A stretch of 64,000 nt of DNA, from assembly GCA_002429485.1 (NCBI GenBank), contig DIZX01000009.1, positions 5,461 to 69,460 on the forward strand, written 5' to 3'. The notes below the pieces were generated by a model that was given only the letters and a program-made list of their open reading frames with translations, did not search any database and was not told the origin of the DNA. The position numbers were made by a program, and so were the translations under genes. Shown here piece by piece: positions 8,902-19,544 of the stretch. Origin of the DNA: Patescibacteria group bacterium UBA6017. Lineage in GTDB: Bacteria; Patescibacteriota; Saccharimonadia; UBA4664. The first letter of the stretch is position 1. Every line of letters begins with the position of its first letter.

Positions 8902-9792
8902 ATGAAGGTTGGCGGATCTATGCTCCGTGTGTTCGCCGGGGTAATTATTTTGTGCGTGGTTGCGGTTGGTGCTGTCTGGCTCTTTTCAAGTACCTCATCG
9001 GCAGAACCCCCGGTGCAAAACGCTCATGTTACGATCAGCTGCGTCAACGACGCAAACAACCCGACCTGCGAAAAACCATTGCACCCATCAGGCGAGCGGA
9101 TTACGCAGATAGACGGTTTGACCGGACTTGAAGCCGCCGATCTTTGTGCTGACGGGTACAACGAATGGTGGTCCGATAATCAGGGTCACAAGAGCCCGTC
9201 ATGCTATGGGTTTGACGATACTCTCGCCGGCGGATTGGCTTCGCCTTACTTCGTCGCCCCTAAAAAGGCGGGAAAATGGATCATCAACTGGCAGATGACA
9301 TCGCCGGATGGAAAGACCGTGATGCAGGGCAGCGATACGGAGATGGTCTACGACAAAAACACCGTCTACCTGCCCGACAAGGCCGTTCCTCCGACGAAAA
9401 CCCAAGTTCCGGACAACGTAACATTGGTTTGCCTGGAGCAGAAAACCATTGATCTGACGAAATGCGGGAGTAGCCTAGCTACCGAGGTTGGCGACATATC
9501 GTTGGGTTTCAAAGGGACATCTCTTGCCGCTATCGCCTCGCTTTGCAGCGAAGGCTACACGGTGCAGTGGACCGACAATCACGGCCGGCGACTGTCGGCT
9601 GACGGTATGGCCACTAGTGCCGACACCCCGGTTGACAGCTGCATGTCGGCCCGCGACGTTGCCAGCGAATATCATCCTCGTTTTGTTCCGCCAATGACGA
9701 CGGGGCCTTGGGTGATCATATGGAGACTGTTGTCTCCGTCAGGCAAAGTTGTAGTTGAAGCAGATTATGAGGCAACAGTGGTTGCTCCGTAA
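8902..9792 (+). CDS. Exported protein with two tandem Cys-containing repeat domains
   Basis: AAGGAG SD before ATG 8902; N-terminal TM/signal; internal duplication LC.[DE]GY...W.DN.G ... FV.P...G.W.I.W...SP.GK.V. Confidence 0.75.
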   Translation: MKVGGSMLRVFAGVIILCVVAVGAVWLFSSTSSAEPPVQNAHVTISCVNDANNPTCEKPLHPSGERITQIDGLTGLEAADLCADGYNEWWSDNQGHKSPSCYGFDDTLAGGLASPYFVAPKKAGKWIINWQMTSPDGKTVMQGSDTEMVYDKNTVYLPDKAVPPTKTQVPDNVTLVCLEQKTIDLTKCGSSLATEVGDISLGFKGTSLAAIASLCSEGYTVQWTDNHGRRLSADGMATSADTPVDSCMSARDVASEYHPRFVPPMTTGPWVIIWRLLSPSGKVVVEADYEATVVAP

Positions 9793-9947
9793 TTTCAATT
9801 CAGGCGCTGAATTCCTGGCGCTTCTTGCTCTGTTTTTTCGATGGGTCCCGATCTCGGGGCCCAAGCCACTTTTTTAGGTGGGACCCTCGCTACGGCGGGG
9901 GTTTTTACTTTTGATGGTTATGTTTCGAAATGCGCTAAGATTGAAAA

Positions 9948-10325
9948 ATGGTACATGTTACAGATGAGGAATTTAAGCAGATGGTCCAGGAGGCGGTGAG
10001 GGCAATCCCGAAGCGGTTCGCGAGCCATCTGGATAACGTGGCATTTATGGTGGCGGATGAACCGTCGCAGGAGCAGCTGAGAGCCGGCGGCATATTGCAC
10101 GGACATATGACATTGCTGGGTCTATATGAGGGCATTCCCCTGCCTCGTCGCAACAACGGTTATTCGGGGGTATTACCCGATGTGATAACGGTGTTTAAGC
10201 GACCGCATGAGGCTATGGCACCTGATATCGATAGTTTGCGCCAGGAGGTGCATCAAACGGTGTGGCACGAGGTGGCACACTATTTTGGTTTGAATCATGG
10301 CCAGATAAATGCGCTCGAAGATTAA
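9948..10325 (+). CDS. Zincin-like metallopeptidase family protein (DUF1025-type)
   Basis: LLGLYEGIPL, PD.IT.F, HEVAHYFG. Confidence 0.88.
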   Translation: MVHVTDEEFKQMVQEAVRAIPKRFASHLDNVAFMVADEPSQEQLRAGGILHGHMTLLGLYEGIPLPRRNNGYSGVLPDVITVFKRPHEAMAPDIDSLRQEVHQTVWHEVAHYFGLNHGQINALED

Positions 10326-10664
10326 CCCGGTATTATCCTGCTGCGACATTTTACCCACTAGTCGTAAATAGAATAGTTTCGACCCACTAAACATTACTAC
10401 GACACTTAGCGCCGAATAATAACAGATAGCGATGGCATAATTTAGCGGTTATGTTAATGGGTTTAAGCATAAGCAGTATGAGCATATAAACTAGTCAATA
10501 CTCCTAATGCTTCGCCGTAAACATTGATCAATTTTTGTAAGAATGCATTATTGCATGATTATTTATTTGCTGTAGCGTGCCTCTTTGTGTGAAGAAATTT
10601 GTTGTGGTGGGTTAGCAATTCTTGATTGAAAGTTATTCCCCCCGCGTTTAATCGGAAGGATAGT

Positions 10665-11297
10665 ATGAATAAATTAGTTATCTCGGCTCTTGGGGGTATT
10701 GGTATTGCCTTTTCCCTGGGAACTCCAGCGTTGGCGGCAAGTTCGCCGACGCCGAAGCCACAGACTAAGGCGGAGATTTCATCCAAGAAGTCGGCTGATG
10801 TGCCGGCACCTAAAGTACACGTGGTAGCCCCGGGAGACAGCCTGTCCTCGATCGCTGATGCTGAGAAGCTGGCGAGCTGGCGGCCGATGTGGGATGCAAA
10901 TGCCGACGTGCAGAACCCGGATCTGGTTTACGCCGGACAGAAGTTGGTAGTACCGACTATTCCTGTCGCAGAACGTCCCTTGCCTGCCGGAGTCATTGTG
11001 CAGGACGTTGCACCGGTAGCTAGCGGAAACGTACAGCGCCGCAGCGTGTCAGCAGCCAACTACTCCGCCGGATCTGGTGGTTGGGCGGCCGGAGTACGTC
11101 AGCGCGAATCTGGCGGCAACTATGCCACCAACACCGGCAACGGTTATTACGGCGCTTATCAGTTTAGCGCCGGTACGTGGGCGAGTGTCGGCGGCACAGG
11201 ACTGCCATCAAATGCTTCTCCCGCCGAGCAGGATGCCCGCGCCCAGTTGCTCTACAACCAACGTGGTTGTAGCCCATGGCCAAATACCTGTAGGTAA
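10665..11297 (+). CDS. LysM plus resuscitation-promoting factor (Rpf)-like transglycosylase
   Basis: Signal peptide; LysM HVVAPGDSLSSIA...NPDLVYAGQKL; RESGGNY..NTGNGYYGAYQF...TW...EQ...PWP.C. Confidence 0.9.
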   Translation: MNKLVISALGGIGIAFSLGTPALAASSPTPKPQTKAEISSKKSADVPAPKVHVVAPGDSLSSIADAEKLASWRPMWDANADVQNPDLVYAGQKLVVPTIPVAERPLPAGVIVQDVAPVASGNVQRRSVSAANYSAGSGGWAAGVRQRESGGNYATNTGNGYYGAYQFSAGTWASVGGTGLPSNASPAEQDARAQLLYNQRGCSPWPNTCR

Positions 11298-11312
11298 TTC
11301 TTCCGACAGGAG

Positions 11313-12107
11313 CTAAAGTTCAACTCGATCAATTTTGATCGGCTTACCATAGAGCCGTGCAGCCAGCTGCACGGCTTGGTCTGTTAGATCGGTTACCAAG
11401 AATTCCCGTGAGCGTTGTTTGGAAATAGTTAAGTCGAGGCCCGGATGAGCGATTAAGTACTGATGAACTTTGGCCGGAATGATCTCGTCCTGGGAAATTA
11501 TGGTTACTCCGTGCCCCATTTGGTCTGCAATGAGATGTTTGAACAGAGGGTAATGGGTGCAGCCGAGAATTAAAGTGTCAACACCGCCAAGCGGCCGAAG
11601 GTAGTCGGCGATGATTGGAGCAGCCCATTTGGTGGCGTCGTTTTCGACCAGCGGCACTAGTAAGGGTGCGGCGACGGAGGTTACCTGTACGTCCAGGAAC
11701 AGTTTCCCCAGTTCGCGGTCGAAGGCACCGGATGAGATGGTGGCATTGGTGGCCAATACTCCGATGCGGCCGGTCTTGGTGGCGGCGACGGCAGCCTCGG
11801 CAGCTGGAATCAGTACGCCGAGCACGGCCTTCCCCGGGTGATGCTTCGGGAGGTATTCGCCCTGAAGTTTGTGTAGCGCTTCAGCCGAGGCCGTATTGCA
11901 CGCCACTATCACAATGCCGCAGCCGCGGGCAAACAGATGATCGATAGCTGCACGGGTAAATTCGTAGATGGTGTCGTGGGAACGGTTGCCGTAGGGTACT
12001 CGAGCCGTGTCGCCGAGGTAAACATAGTCGTACTGGGGCAGTGCCTGCGTAAGGCTGTGGGTAATAATAAGCCCACCGAGTCCGGAGTCGAATATACCTA
12101 TCTTCAT
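11313..12107 (-). CDS. murI: Glutamate racemase
   Basis: IGIFDSGLGG, GDTARVPYG, ACNTAS, LGCTHYP. Confidence 0.95.
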   Translation of the reverse strand: MKIGIFDSGLGGLIITHSLTQALPQYDYVYLGDTARVPYGNRSHDTIYEFTRAAIDHLFARGCGIVIVACNTASAEALHKLQGEYLPKHHPGKAVLGVLIPAAEAAVAATKTGRIGVLATNATISSGAFDRELGKLFLDVQVTSVAAPLLVPLVENDATKWAAPIIADYLRPLGGVDTLILGCTHYPLFKHLIADQMGHGVTIISQDEIIPAKVHQYLIAHPGLDLTISKQRSREFLVTDLTDQAVQLAARLYGKPIKIDRVEL

Positions 12108-12165
12108 AAGGATAGATTTTAACAGATTTTGACGGGGATGTGACCGCGTGTCAGAATACCACCGT

Positions 12166-12924
12166 ATGAACGTTGAGCTAAATAATCTGCGAGTGGTGGC
12201 GGTGGATGGCGGTACTGCCACCGGCAAAGGCCGGCTGATAGATGAGCTGGCTCAACTTTTGCGGCTCAAAGGTACTCCGGTGATTCACATTTCTACGGGA
12301 TCAATCTACCGGGCCGTGGCGCTAGTGGCGATTGAGGATGCCTCCGAGAAAGTGATGGGCCGAGCCGATATGGCGCCGCCGGATATAATTAAGGCGGCGC
12401 TGAAATTGGTGCGCGAGATGACGGCCGATAAATTGCTGGATCTGGTGCATACGCGCCAGATCGAGATGCACGGCGGTCAGGTGTGGATAGACGGGACGCT
12501 GGCGTCGGTGGATGATCAGCTCAAGGGTCCGGGAGTGGGCACGGGAGCTTCGATCGTGAGCGTTCCGTTGCCGGTGCGTGATTGGGTATCAGATATTGTT
12601 CGCCGCCAAATTAATGAGTTTGACGGTTTTGCTCTGATTGACGGGCGCGATATTGGGCACACGGTAGTTCCGGACGCGCCGCTTAAGCTACTCCTGACGG
12701 TGGCGCCGGAGGTGGCTGCCGAGCGTTCGCGTGAGCACACAATCGAGGAGATTATCGACCGCGACAGTCGTGACCGCGCCAAACAACACGGGGCACTCAA
12801 ACACCCGGATGATCCCGGTGAAGGGGTACTGGTCCTGGCTACCGATACGCACACACCGGAATCGGTGCGCGATCACGTATACGCGTTGATGCAGGGTATC
12901 TTTCGGGATCTACCATCGTTGTAG
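12166..12924 (+). CDS. cmk: Cytidylate kinase
   Basis: VAVDGGTATGKG P-loop, STGSIYRA, DGRDIGHTVVPDA, RDSRD. Confidence 0.85.
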   Translation: MNVELNNLRVVAVDGGTATGKGRLIDELAQLLRLKGTPVIHISTGSIYRAVALVAIEDASEKVMGRADMAPPDIIKAALKLVREMTADKLLDLVHTRQIEMHGGQVWIDGTLASVDDQLKGPGVGTGASIVSVPLPVRDWVSDIVRRQINEFDGFALIDGRDIGHTVVPDAPLKLLLTVAPEVAAERSREHTIEEIIDRDSRDRAKQHGALKHPDDPGEGVLVLATDTHTPESVRDHVYALMQGIFRDLPSL

Positions 12925-12994
12925 TAGGACGAGATGAGGCCAAGTGATTGCTCTTCACGTTGTCGAATGCATTAAATAGGATAAAATAGAATTC

Positions 12995-13996
12995 ATGAAA
13001 GTACTTGTGACTGGCGGTGCCGGCTATATCGGCACCCATACTGTAATCGAATTGTTGGCGGCAGGCATGGAGCCGGTGATAGTTGATAACTTCTCAAATA
13101 GCCATCCTGATGTGCTGGATAGGCTTGAGCAGATTAGCGGAACAAAAGTGCGGTGCTACGATGTGGATGCGTGCGACTCGCGGGCTCTGGGCGATGTATT
13201 CGAGAAAGAACGCCCGGATACGGTAATACATTTTGCGGGTCTAAAGGCAGTTGGAGAATCGGTGGAGCAGCCACTCGCCTACTATCGCAATAATCTTTTG
13301 GCGGTGATCACGGTTGCGGAATCAATGTCAAAGTACGGCGTGCGCAATCTGGTATTTAGCTCGTCGGCGACAGTTTACGGCGACCCCGATCAGGTTCCGA
13401 TCCCCGAAGACGCGCCGCTTAGTGCCACCAATCCTTATGGCTGGACGAAGTTTATGGGAGAGCAGATATTGCGCGACGTGGCATTGGCTGACTCCAAACG
13501 CCGGATCACCATATTAAGATACTTTAATCCCGTGGGAGCGCACGAGAGCGGGCTGATCGGCGAAGATCCGTTGGGCCCACCGAACAATCTCATGCCAATG
13601 ATCGCCCAGGTGGCGACCGGTCAGCGCGAGCGCTTGAACGTATACGGCAATGATTATCCTACTCAGGATGGTACTGCCGTACGTGATTATATTCATGTGG
13701 TGGATCTGGCGAAGGCGCACGTGCGGGCGCTCGAACATCAGATTGGTACTTCCGGCATTGATACCTACAACTTGGGTGCCGGCAAGGGTTATTCGGTGCT
13801 GGAAATGGTTGCCGCCTTCGAGAAGGCCTCGGGCAAGACTATTGGGTACAAGATTGTTGATCGCCGCGCCGGCGACGTGGCAGTGTGCTTTGCGGACACT
13901 TCGCTGGCGGCGCGAGAACTGGGCTGGGAGGCCATGAAGACACTGGCTGACATGTGCGCGGACGCATGGCGCTGGCAGTCGCGGAACATTAAATAG
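12995..13996 (+). CDS. galE: UDP-glucose 4-epimerase
   Basis: TGGAGYIG, HFAGLKAVGES, FSSSATVYG, YGWTK, LRYFNPVGAH. Confidence 0.97.
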   Translation: MKVLVTGGAGYIGTHTVIELLAAGMEPVIVDNFSNSHPDVLDRLEQISGTKVRCYDVDACDSRALGDVFEKERPDTVIHFAGLKAVGESVEQPLAYYRNNLLAVITVAESMSKYGVRNLVFSSSATVYGDPDQVPIPEDAPLSATNPYGWTKFMGEQILRDVALADSKRRITILRYFNPVGAHESGLIGEDPLGPPNNLMPMIAQVATGQRERLNVYGNDYPTQDGTAVRDYIHVVDLAKAHVRALEHQIGTSGIDTYNLGAGKGYSVLEMVAAFEKASGKTIGYKIVDRRAGDVAVCFADTSLAARELGWEAMKTLADMCADAWRWQSRNIK

Positions 13997-13998
13997 TG

Positions 13999-15063
13999 AT
14001 GCGCCAAGTTGCCTCGATGTTGGCGTCATTAAAGTGGCCGGCTGTTGTACTTGTTTTCGGAATTGTTGCGGCCTGGATAGTCGGAGGGCCGGCTCAGGCA
14101 TTGGTGGTTACTATCCTATGCATTCTCGAAGTATCGCTGTCATTCGATAATGCGGTGATAAATGCGACTGTCCTGCGTCGTCTCAATGGTTATTGGCGGA
14201 AGATATTCCTGACGGTGGGAATGTTGATTGCGGTCGTTGGGATGCGGTTGGTATTTCCGGTTGCAATAGTAGCGGTGACGGCAAAGCTGAGCTTTGGCGC
14301 CGTGATCGATCTGATATTGCTTCATCCGCTCGAATACGCTCATCAGCTTGAACTGGCGCATCCCTCGATCGCGGCCTTTGGCGGCATGTTTTTATTGATG
14401 ATATTCCTGGATTTTGTGCTCGACGAGGCCAAGCGGGTGCATTGGATCGCTGTTATTGAGGAGCCTTTATCCCAAGGCGGACGCCTGAAGACGCTGTCGA
14501 CGCTAATTGCGCTAATGCTGCTGCTAGTGGTGTGTAGCACTTGGGGTCAACAGGAAGCTGAGCTGGTTCTGAGCTCCGGAGTGGTTGGCATCGTGACGTA
14601 TCTGGCGGTGCGTGGATTTAGCCAATTGTTTGAGAATTTGGGCGGGGTGTCGCTGGAGGAATCTGGTAAGCATCGTAACGGCGGCGAAGTTATTCTTCTG
14701 GCGGGGCGGGCCGCTTTTTTTCTGTTCTTGTATCTGGAGGTGCTCGATGCATCGTTTTCGTTTGACGGGGTCGTGGGGGCATTCGCAATCACGAGCAATG
14801 TACTGACGATCACGCTGGGCCTTGGTATCGGGGCGTTCTTTGTGCGGGAATTGACGATTTGGCTGGTCCGGCACGACACCCTGAGCGAGTTTGTATACCT
14901 GGAACATGGAGCTCACTACGCGGTCGGGGCGCTGGCAGTGCTGTTGGCGGCGAGTCTAAAATACGATATCCCACAGGCCGTTACGGGCTTAGTGGGAGTG
15001 GTATTTATCGTGCTTTCGCTAGTTTCGAGCCTGAATCATCGTAACCGGCGAGCGGTTGTCTAA
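13999..15063 (+). CDS. DUF475 (TerC-like) membrane protein
   Basis: LEVSLSFDNAVINA, LEVLDASFSFDGVVGAFAIT, YLEHGAHYA. Confidence 0.92.
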   Translation: MRQVASMLASLKWPAVVLVFGIVAAWIVGGPAQALVVTILCILEVSLSFDNAVINATVLRRLNGYWRKIFLTVGMLIAVVGMRLVFPVAIVAVTAKLSFGAVIDLILLHPLEYAHQLELAHPSIAAFGGMFLLMIFLDFVLDEAKRVHWIAVIEEPLSQGGRLKTLSTLIALMLLLVVCSTWGQQEAELVLSSGVVGIVTYLAVRGFSQLFENLGGVSLEESGKHRNGGEVILLAGRAAFFLFLYLEVLDASFSFDGVVGAFAITSNVLTITLGLGIGAFFVRELTIWLVRHDTLSEFVYLEHGAHYAVGALAVLLAASLKYDIPQAVTGLVGVVFIVLSLVSSLNHRNRRAVV

Positions 15064-15437
15064 AGCAGCTTGGCGATGATGCTGGCGAGTTGGCTCGGGA
15101 CGATGTCGGCCTTGATGATGTATCCGTCGGCTTGGGCCTTGAGAGCTTCCTGGCTGGTCTTGTCTTGGGCTAGGTTGGTGAGGATCACAATCTTGGTATC
15201 GGGGTTGCCGCTGCCGTCGGTCCCGCGCAATTCATTCAGTACCTCGATGCCGGTCTTTTCGGGCATCATGATATCGAGCAAAATCAAATCGTAGTGTTTG
15301 GCGTTTGCCTTACGCAGGCCTTCGGCGCCGTTGTAGGCAAATTCCACGTGATACCCTTCGCGCTCGAGGACTCGCGAATACATTTCGGCGATAGGTTTAT
15401 CGTCTTCAACGAACAGGATTATTTTTGATCCAGCCAT
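15060..15437 (-). CDS. Stand-alone response regulator receiver protein
   Basis: ILFVEDD, DLILLDIMMP, LTNL, YIIK. Confidence 0.92.
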   Translation of the reverse strand: MAGSKIILFVEDDKPIAEMYSRVLEREGYHVEFAYNGAEGLRKANAKHYDLILLDIMMPEKTGIEVLNELRGTDGSGNPDTKIVILTNLAQDKTSQEALKAQADGYIIKADIVPSQLASIIAKLL

Positions 15438-16941
15438 GTGCTCCCCTCGTTATGGTTCTCTTATTATCATCTTTAACAACATTAGTGGCAACAGTGTGCA
15501 GCGGCAGGATAAAGGTGAAGGTACTGCCCTCGCCCTCGACCGACTCAACGGAAATGCTGCCGCCGTGAGCTTCCATGATGGATTTACATATATATAATCC
15601 CAGTCCGGTGCCTCGAGTCGCAGATTTTAGCTCATCTACTCGGTAAAATCTCGTAAATAGGTGCGGCAGGGCATGATTTGGGATGCCGGAACCATTGTCG
15701 GTGATGGCGGTTTCTATACTGGTGCGGCGGGCCGTGACGGTGATGTCGATGCGGCCGGTGCCCGGCTGAGTGTGGGTGATGGCATTTGAGACCAGATTGT
15801 CGATAACCTCCTTGAGGGCCGATTCGTCGGCCAGAATTAGCAGAGGCTGTTTGGGGAGAGTGATGGTAATGATGCGATCTTGTTGGGTCCCTCGTTCCTT
15901 GATGTTCTCGGCGGAGTCCATGAGGAAGCTCCGGTAGTCGATCACTTCGGACTGATAGCTGATTTCACCGTGTTCGATGCGGGCGACGTTGAGCAGGTTG
16001 TGCATCAGGTCGCCTAATTGGCTGGCGCTGGTCATGGCCTGGCCAAGAAACTTTTGCTGGGTCTTGGTGAGACCCTTGGCCTCGGTATGGAGGATATCCA
16101 GATAACCCTTAATCTCGGTGAGGGGGGTTCGCAGCTCGTGAGCAGCCAGTGCAACGAAGTCGATTTTCATTTCTTCCAGCTGATTGGACTTTGTCAGGTC
16201 ATGAAAAGTCACCAATGCCGCAATGCCATTGGGGTCATCTTTGAGCACGACGGCTTCGACGTTTACGGTCAGGCTATGGCCGTCCGCACGGTAAAGTTCG
16301 AGCCCTTTCCATTGGCCGACTTTGTGCTCGGCACCCGAGCCGAGGGCGAGCCAGCGGGTCATTATTAACTCGCCATTTGAGCGGAAGGGCATCACTTTTT
16401 CGGCTAACTGTCCGGCTACCTCGGTGATGGTGCGGCCGGTAATTTCGCAGGCGGCTTTATTGAAGAGCACGATTCGTCCGCTGCGATCGAGGGCGAACAC
16501 GCCGTCGGACATCGAGTTGAGCACGCTGTGGAGCTTCCCTCGTTCGGCTTTGATGAGATCGGTTTCACTGGAGGCCTGCGACAGGGTTTCTTCGAGTTTT
16601 CGAGCGACTTGTTCGAGAGCTACATTGATTTCGGCGAATTCGCCGCTCCCCTTGATGTTGAACTGACGGCTGAAATCGCCGACGGCGAGGCGGTGGATGG
16701 CTCGATGAATCTCGCGGACGGGCCGAGCGAGAATCTCGGCGAAGATGAAGCTCAGGATGATGGCGGGAATAATGCCCAGCATCATTACCGGCAGCATGAA
16801 TGAATTGAAGTCCAGCAGCAAAAAGTTAAGAGTGTTGGTCGTAGTAAAGGCGTACCAAACCGCGCCCACGATCAGAGCGGGGATGATGGAGACAATAAAA
16901 AATAGGGCCAGAGTTTGGCGTCGGAATAGTTCTGATTTCAC
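15406..16941 (-). CDS. HAMP-PAS sensor histidine kinase
   Basis: Two TM, HAMP, PAS, AAHELRTPL, NLVSNA, DNGSG, GTGLGL. Confidence 0.93.
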   Translation of the reverse strand: MKSELFRRQTLALFFIVSIIPALIVGAVWYAFTTTNTLNFLLLDFNSFMLPVMMLGIIPAIILSFIFAEILARPVREIHRAIHRLAVGDFSRQFNIKGSGEFAEINVALEQVARKLEETLSQASSETDLIKAERGKLHSVLNSMSDGVFALDRSGRIVLFNKAACEITGRTITEVAGQLAEKVMPFRSNGELIMTRWLALGSGAEHKVGQWKGLELYRADGHSLTVNVEAVVLKDDPNGIAALVTFHDLTKSNQLEEMKIDFVALAAHELRTPLTEIKGYLDILHTEAKGLTKTQQKFLGQAMTSASQLGDLMHNLLNVARIEHGEISYQSEVIDYRSFLMDSAENIKERGTQQDRIITITLPKQPLLILADESALKEVIDNLVSNAITHTQPGTGRIDITVTARRTSIETAITDNGSGIPNHALPHLFTRFYRVDELKSATRGTGLGLYICKSIMEAHGGSISVESVEGEGSTFTFILPLHTVATNVVKDDNKRTITRGAHGWIKNNPVR

Positions 16942-16980
16942 GTAATAATTCTAATGCTTATCGGCTGACTTTGCCAGCTC

Positions 16981-17481
16981 GTGATACAATTGCTCACGAT
17001 ATTAAGAAAGGTAGTAATAGTGGCCACTCGGATTTTGGTTGTCATTGCATCGTTGGCAGTTGTTGGATTAATTATTGGAGCAGTAGTGGTATTGCAGGGC
17101 GGAGCATCGGCTCCGAGTTCCTCCCCCACTCCGACGCCGAGTGTCGCCTCAGCGAGCCCTTCGGCTGGTTTAGTGGTGACGGACGAGGTTGTGGGTACTG
17201 GGGCGGTCGCGGTAGCTACGAGCACCGTGAGCGCTAAATACACCGGCACCCTGGCGGATGGTACGGTATTTGATTCGACCGATAAGCACGGCGGACAGGC
17301 TATTGAATTCCCTCTTAGTAATGTTATCAAGGGCTGGCAGCAGGGAATCCCCGGCATGAAGGTTGGCGGCAAGCGTAAGCTGGTGATCCCGCCGGAACTC
17401 GGCTACGGCGCACAGGGTACGGGCGGAATTCCTCCGAACGCCACGCTGACGTTTGAAATTGAGCTGACTGCCGTTAAATAA
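16981..17481 (+). CDS. Membrane-anchored FKBP-type peptidyl-prolyl isomerase
   Basis: YTGTLADGTVFDS, VIKGWQQG, GGKRKLVIPPELGYG, IPPNATLTFEIEL. Confidence 0.95.
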   Translation: MIQLLTILRKVVIVATRILVVIASLAVVGLIIGAVVVLQGGASAPSSSPTPTPSVASASPSAGLVVTDEVVGTGAVAVATSTVSAKYTGTLADGTVFDSTDKHGGQAIEFPLSNVIKGWQQGIPGMKVGGKRKLVIPPELGYGAQGTGGIPPNATLTFEIELTAVK

Positions 17482-17618
17482 CGGTTAGTTCGATATTGTT
17501 ACGTGCCCGCGCGGACTCGCAGGATGAATTCAAAACGTTGACAGTACAACGGATGAAATTTTTCGATCGGGTAGAGTTCGGCTTTGAATGCAGACTGCGA
17601 GCCGCTAGGGCGCTGATT

Positions 17619-18251
17619 CTAATCCTGGCGGTGAAGCTCGCAGTAGGCGGGGTTGTGGCCGGTGGCGCAGAGGCTATAGCCCACGACGGCGGCAATGTCG
17701 CCCTCGGTGGGTCTAAGTAGGCCGGTGGGACCGGCGGCGACTCGGAGTTCGACGGGGATGGTGCCGCGGCTGAGATTATCAATTTGGACGAAGGAGCCGC
17801 GCGAGAGATCGATGATGCGGCCCGTCCAGACTTCGGGGCCGTAGTCGTTCACCCGACAGATCATGGTGTGGCCGTTTTCGAGGTCTTTGACGAGCAGATA
17901 GGTGCCGCGGGGAAAAGTGCGGGAGGCGCAGGTGAGCGCGTCGGGTTGGGGTAAGCCGAGGGCATACCAAGAACCGCGTCCGGTCATGGCGGCGGGTCCG
18001 GAAGCGGACCCGGGCGCGGGCGCGGAGGCGAGTTTTACGGGGGCTTCGATTTTGACCCCGCCGGCGCCGGTACTGTGGACGGTGAGGTTAATCATCGGCT
18101 TATTGAGGGTAATGGCGTAGGCTAGTGAGCCAGTAGAGATCGTGGCGAGCAGCACCAGAAAAGATCTCAAGATGTGCTTGGAGGTTTTGCGCTTCACCAG
18201 CTTTTTCTTGGTGAGTACGTGCAGGATGCGGCGTTTTGTTTTGGCTTTCAT
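17619..18251 (-). CDS. RlpA-like double-psi beta-barrel lytic transglycosylase
   Basis: GRGSWY, TCASRTFPRGT, RVNDYGP, RIIDLS. Confidence 0.82.
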   Translation of the reverse strand: MKAKTKRRILHVLTKKKLVKRKTSKHILRSFLVLLATISTGSLAYAITLNKPMINLTVHSTGAGGVKIEAPVKLASAPAPGSASGPAAMTGRGSWYALGLPQPDALTCASRTFPRGTYLLVKDLENGHTMICRVNDYGPEVWTGRIIDLSRGSFVQIDNLSRGTIPVELRVAAGPTGLLRPTEGDIAAVVGYSLCATGHNPAYCELHRQD

Positions 18252-18318
18252 GGCGTTTTTTGGCGAACGTTATTGAACCCTTTTTACCATAACCGAGATG
18301 GCTGGTCAAACTTCAGCG

Positions 18319-19482
18319 TTAAAACGTGACGCTTTTGCCGACCGGGACGATGGAGTACCAAGTATTGCCGGCATCGAGCGGGATCTCGGCGCCGGTGGCG
18401 TCTAGGAGCTTCGTACGGGCGGCGTGAGAGTCTTTTACCCAAGTACACGGGATTGCGTCGCCGTCACGCAGTACCCAGCCCTGGCCGCGGCCTACGGTCT
18501 GCATGATAACCGTGGATTCGCCGATGCGGGTAACGCCGTAGCTGGTGGGCATCATTTCTACGACTACGTTCTTGACGCGGATTTGGGTGTTGGTGTTGCG
18601 GTCGAAATGAGGAATGCCGGAGAGCCAGCGGCCGTAGTCGTTGGTCGTGGGGTCATACTTGTAGTCGACCTGATAGCCGGCATAGGAGTAATCGATGTGA
18701 ATATTGGGGTGTGGCGCGGCGGGATTGGGGGCGTCAGCCTTGCGCGGGGATGGCGTGAAACTGGCGGGTTTGACAAAGCCATAGCGTTGCTCGAGGGCAT
18801 CGAGTTTATCGGAATTGGTATACAGGTTGTGGGGGGCGTACTTGTCGGTGGTGCGGTAGAAGCCGTCGGAGGCAAAGCTCAGCGCGTTCATGTCTTTCAT
18901 GCCGAGGGGCGTGACGAGATCAAGGGCGTCGGCGTTGCCGCCAGCGTGAGCCACCGGCGCGTTGAATTCCAGGCCCCAATCGAGGAAGTAGGTGCGCAGC
19001 GAACGAACGGGACCGATGGAGGCTGGCCGTTGGTCAAGAAAGAAGGCTAGGAATCTGGTGATACCGCCTTCGGCGTTGGCTTCATAGACGACGCCGGCCT
19101 GGCCCAACCCGGATTGCGGTCTGGCGTCGGGATGGTTTTCGATGATAACGCCGGTGACCTGGCGGGCGGCGATTTCGGGCGTAACTTTAAGGCCGGTGAG
19201 TGGCGACAGACTGATGACGGGGGTGGCTAATGGATTGGGGGTGGGCTTGTGGGTGAGTTGCTTGGCTACCGGGGCCGCCGACTTGGGCCGCAGAAACGCC
19301 CATCCCACGCTCCCTGTAACAATGGCGAGGATGAGTGCACCGCCAGCGACTAGCAATACTTTGCGCTGCCGAAAGAAAGGCTGGATCGGGAGCGAATCAG
19401 ATTTGTCGCCTTTGATTGATGATTCGGAAATCAAAGATTCCGGCGTAGCGCTAGTTTTATCTGTGTCTTTAGGTTCACTCAT
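18319..19482 (-). CDS. DUF3048 domain protein
   Basis: IENHPDARPQSGL, EGGITRF, GPVRSLR, APHNLY. Confidence 0.9.
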   Translation of the reverse strand: MSEPKDTDKTSATPESLISESSIKGDKSDSLPIQPFFRQRKVLLVAGGALILAIVTGSVGWAFLRPKSAAPVAKQLTHKPTPNPLATPVISLSPLTGLKVTPEIAARQVTGVIIENHPDARPQSGLGQAGVVYEANAEGGITRFLAFFLDQRPASIGPVRSLRTYFLDWGLEFNAPVAHAGGNADALDLVTPLGMKDMNALSFASDGFYRTTDKYAPHNLYTNSDKLDALEQRYGFVKPASFTPSPRKADAPNPAAPHPNIHIDYSYAGYQVDYKYDPTTNDYGRWLSGIPHFDRNTNTQIRVKNVVVEMMPTSYGVTRIGESTVIMQTVGRGQGWVLRDGDAIPCTWVKDSHAARTKLLDATGAEIPLDAGNTWYSIVPVGKSVTF

Positions 19483-19544
19483 AGCGCAATAGTATCATTC
19501 AAACGCTTATGCTTCAAACCTCATTGGTCCATGGATTTGGCAAC

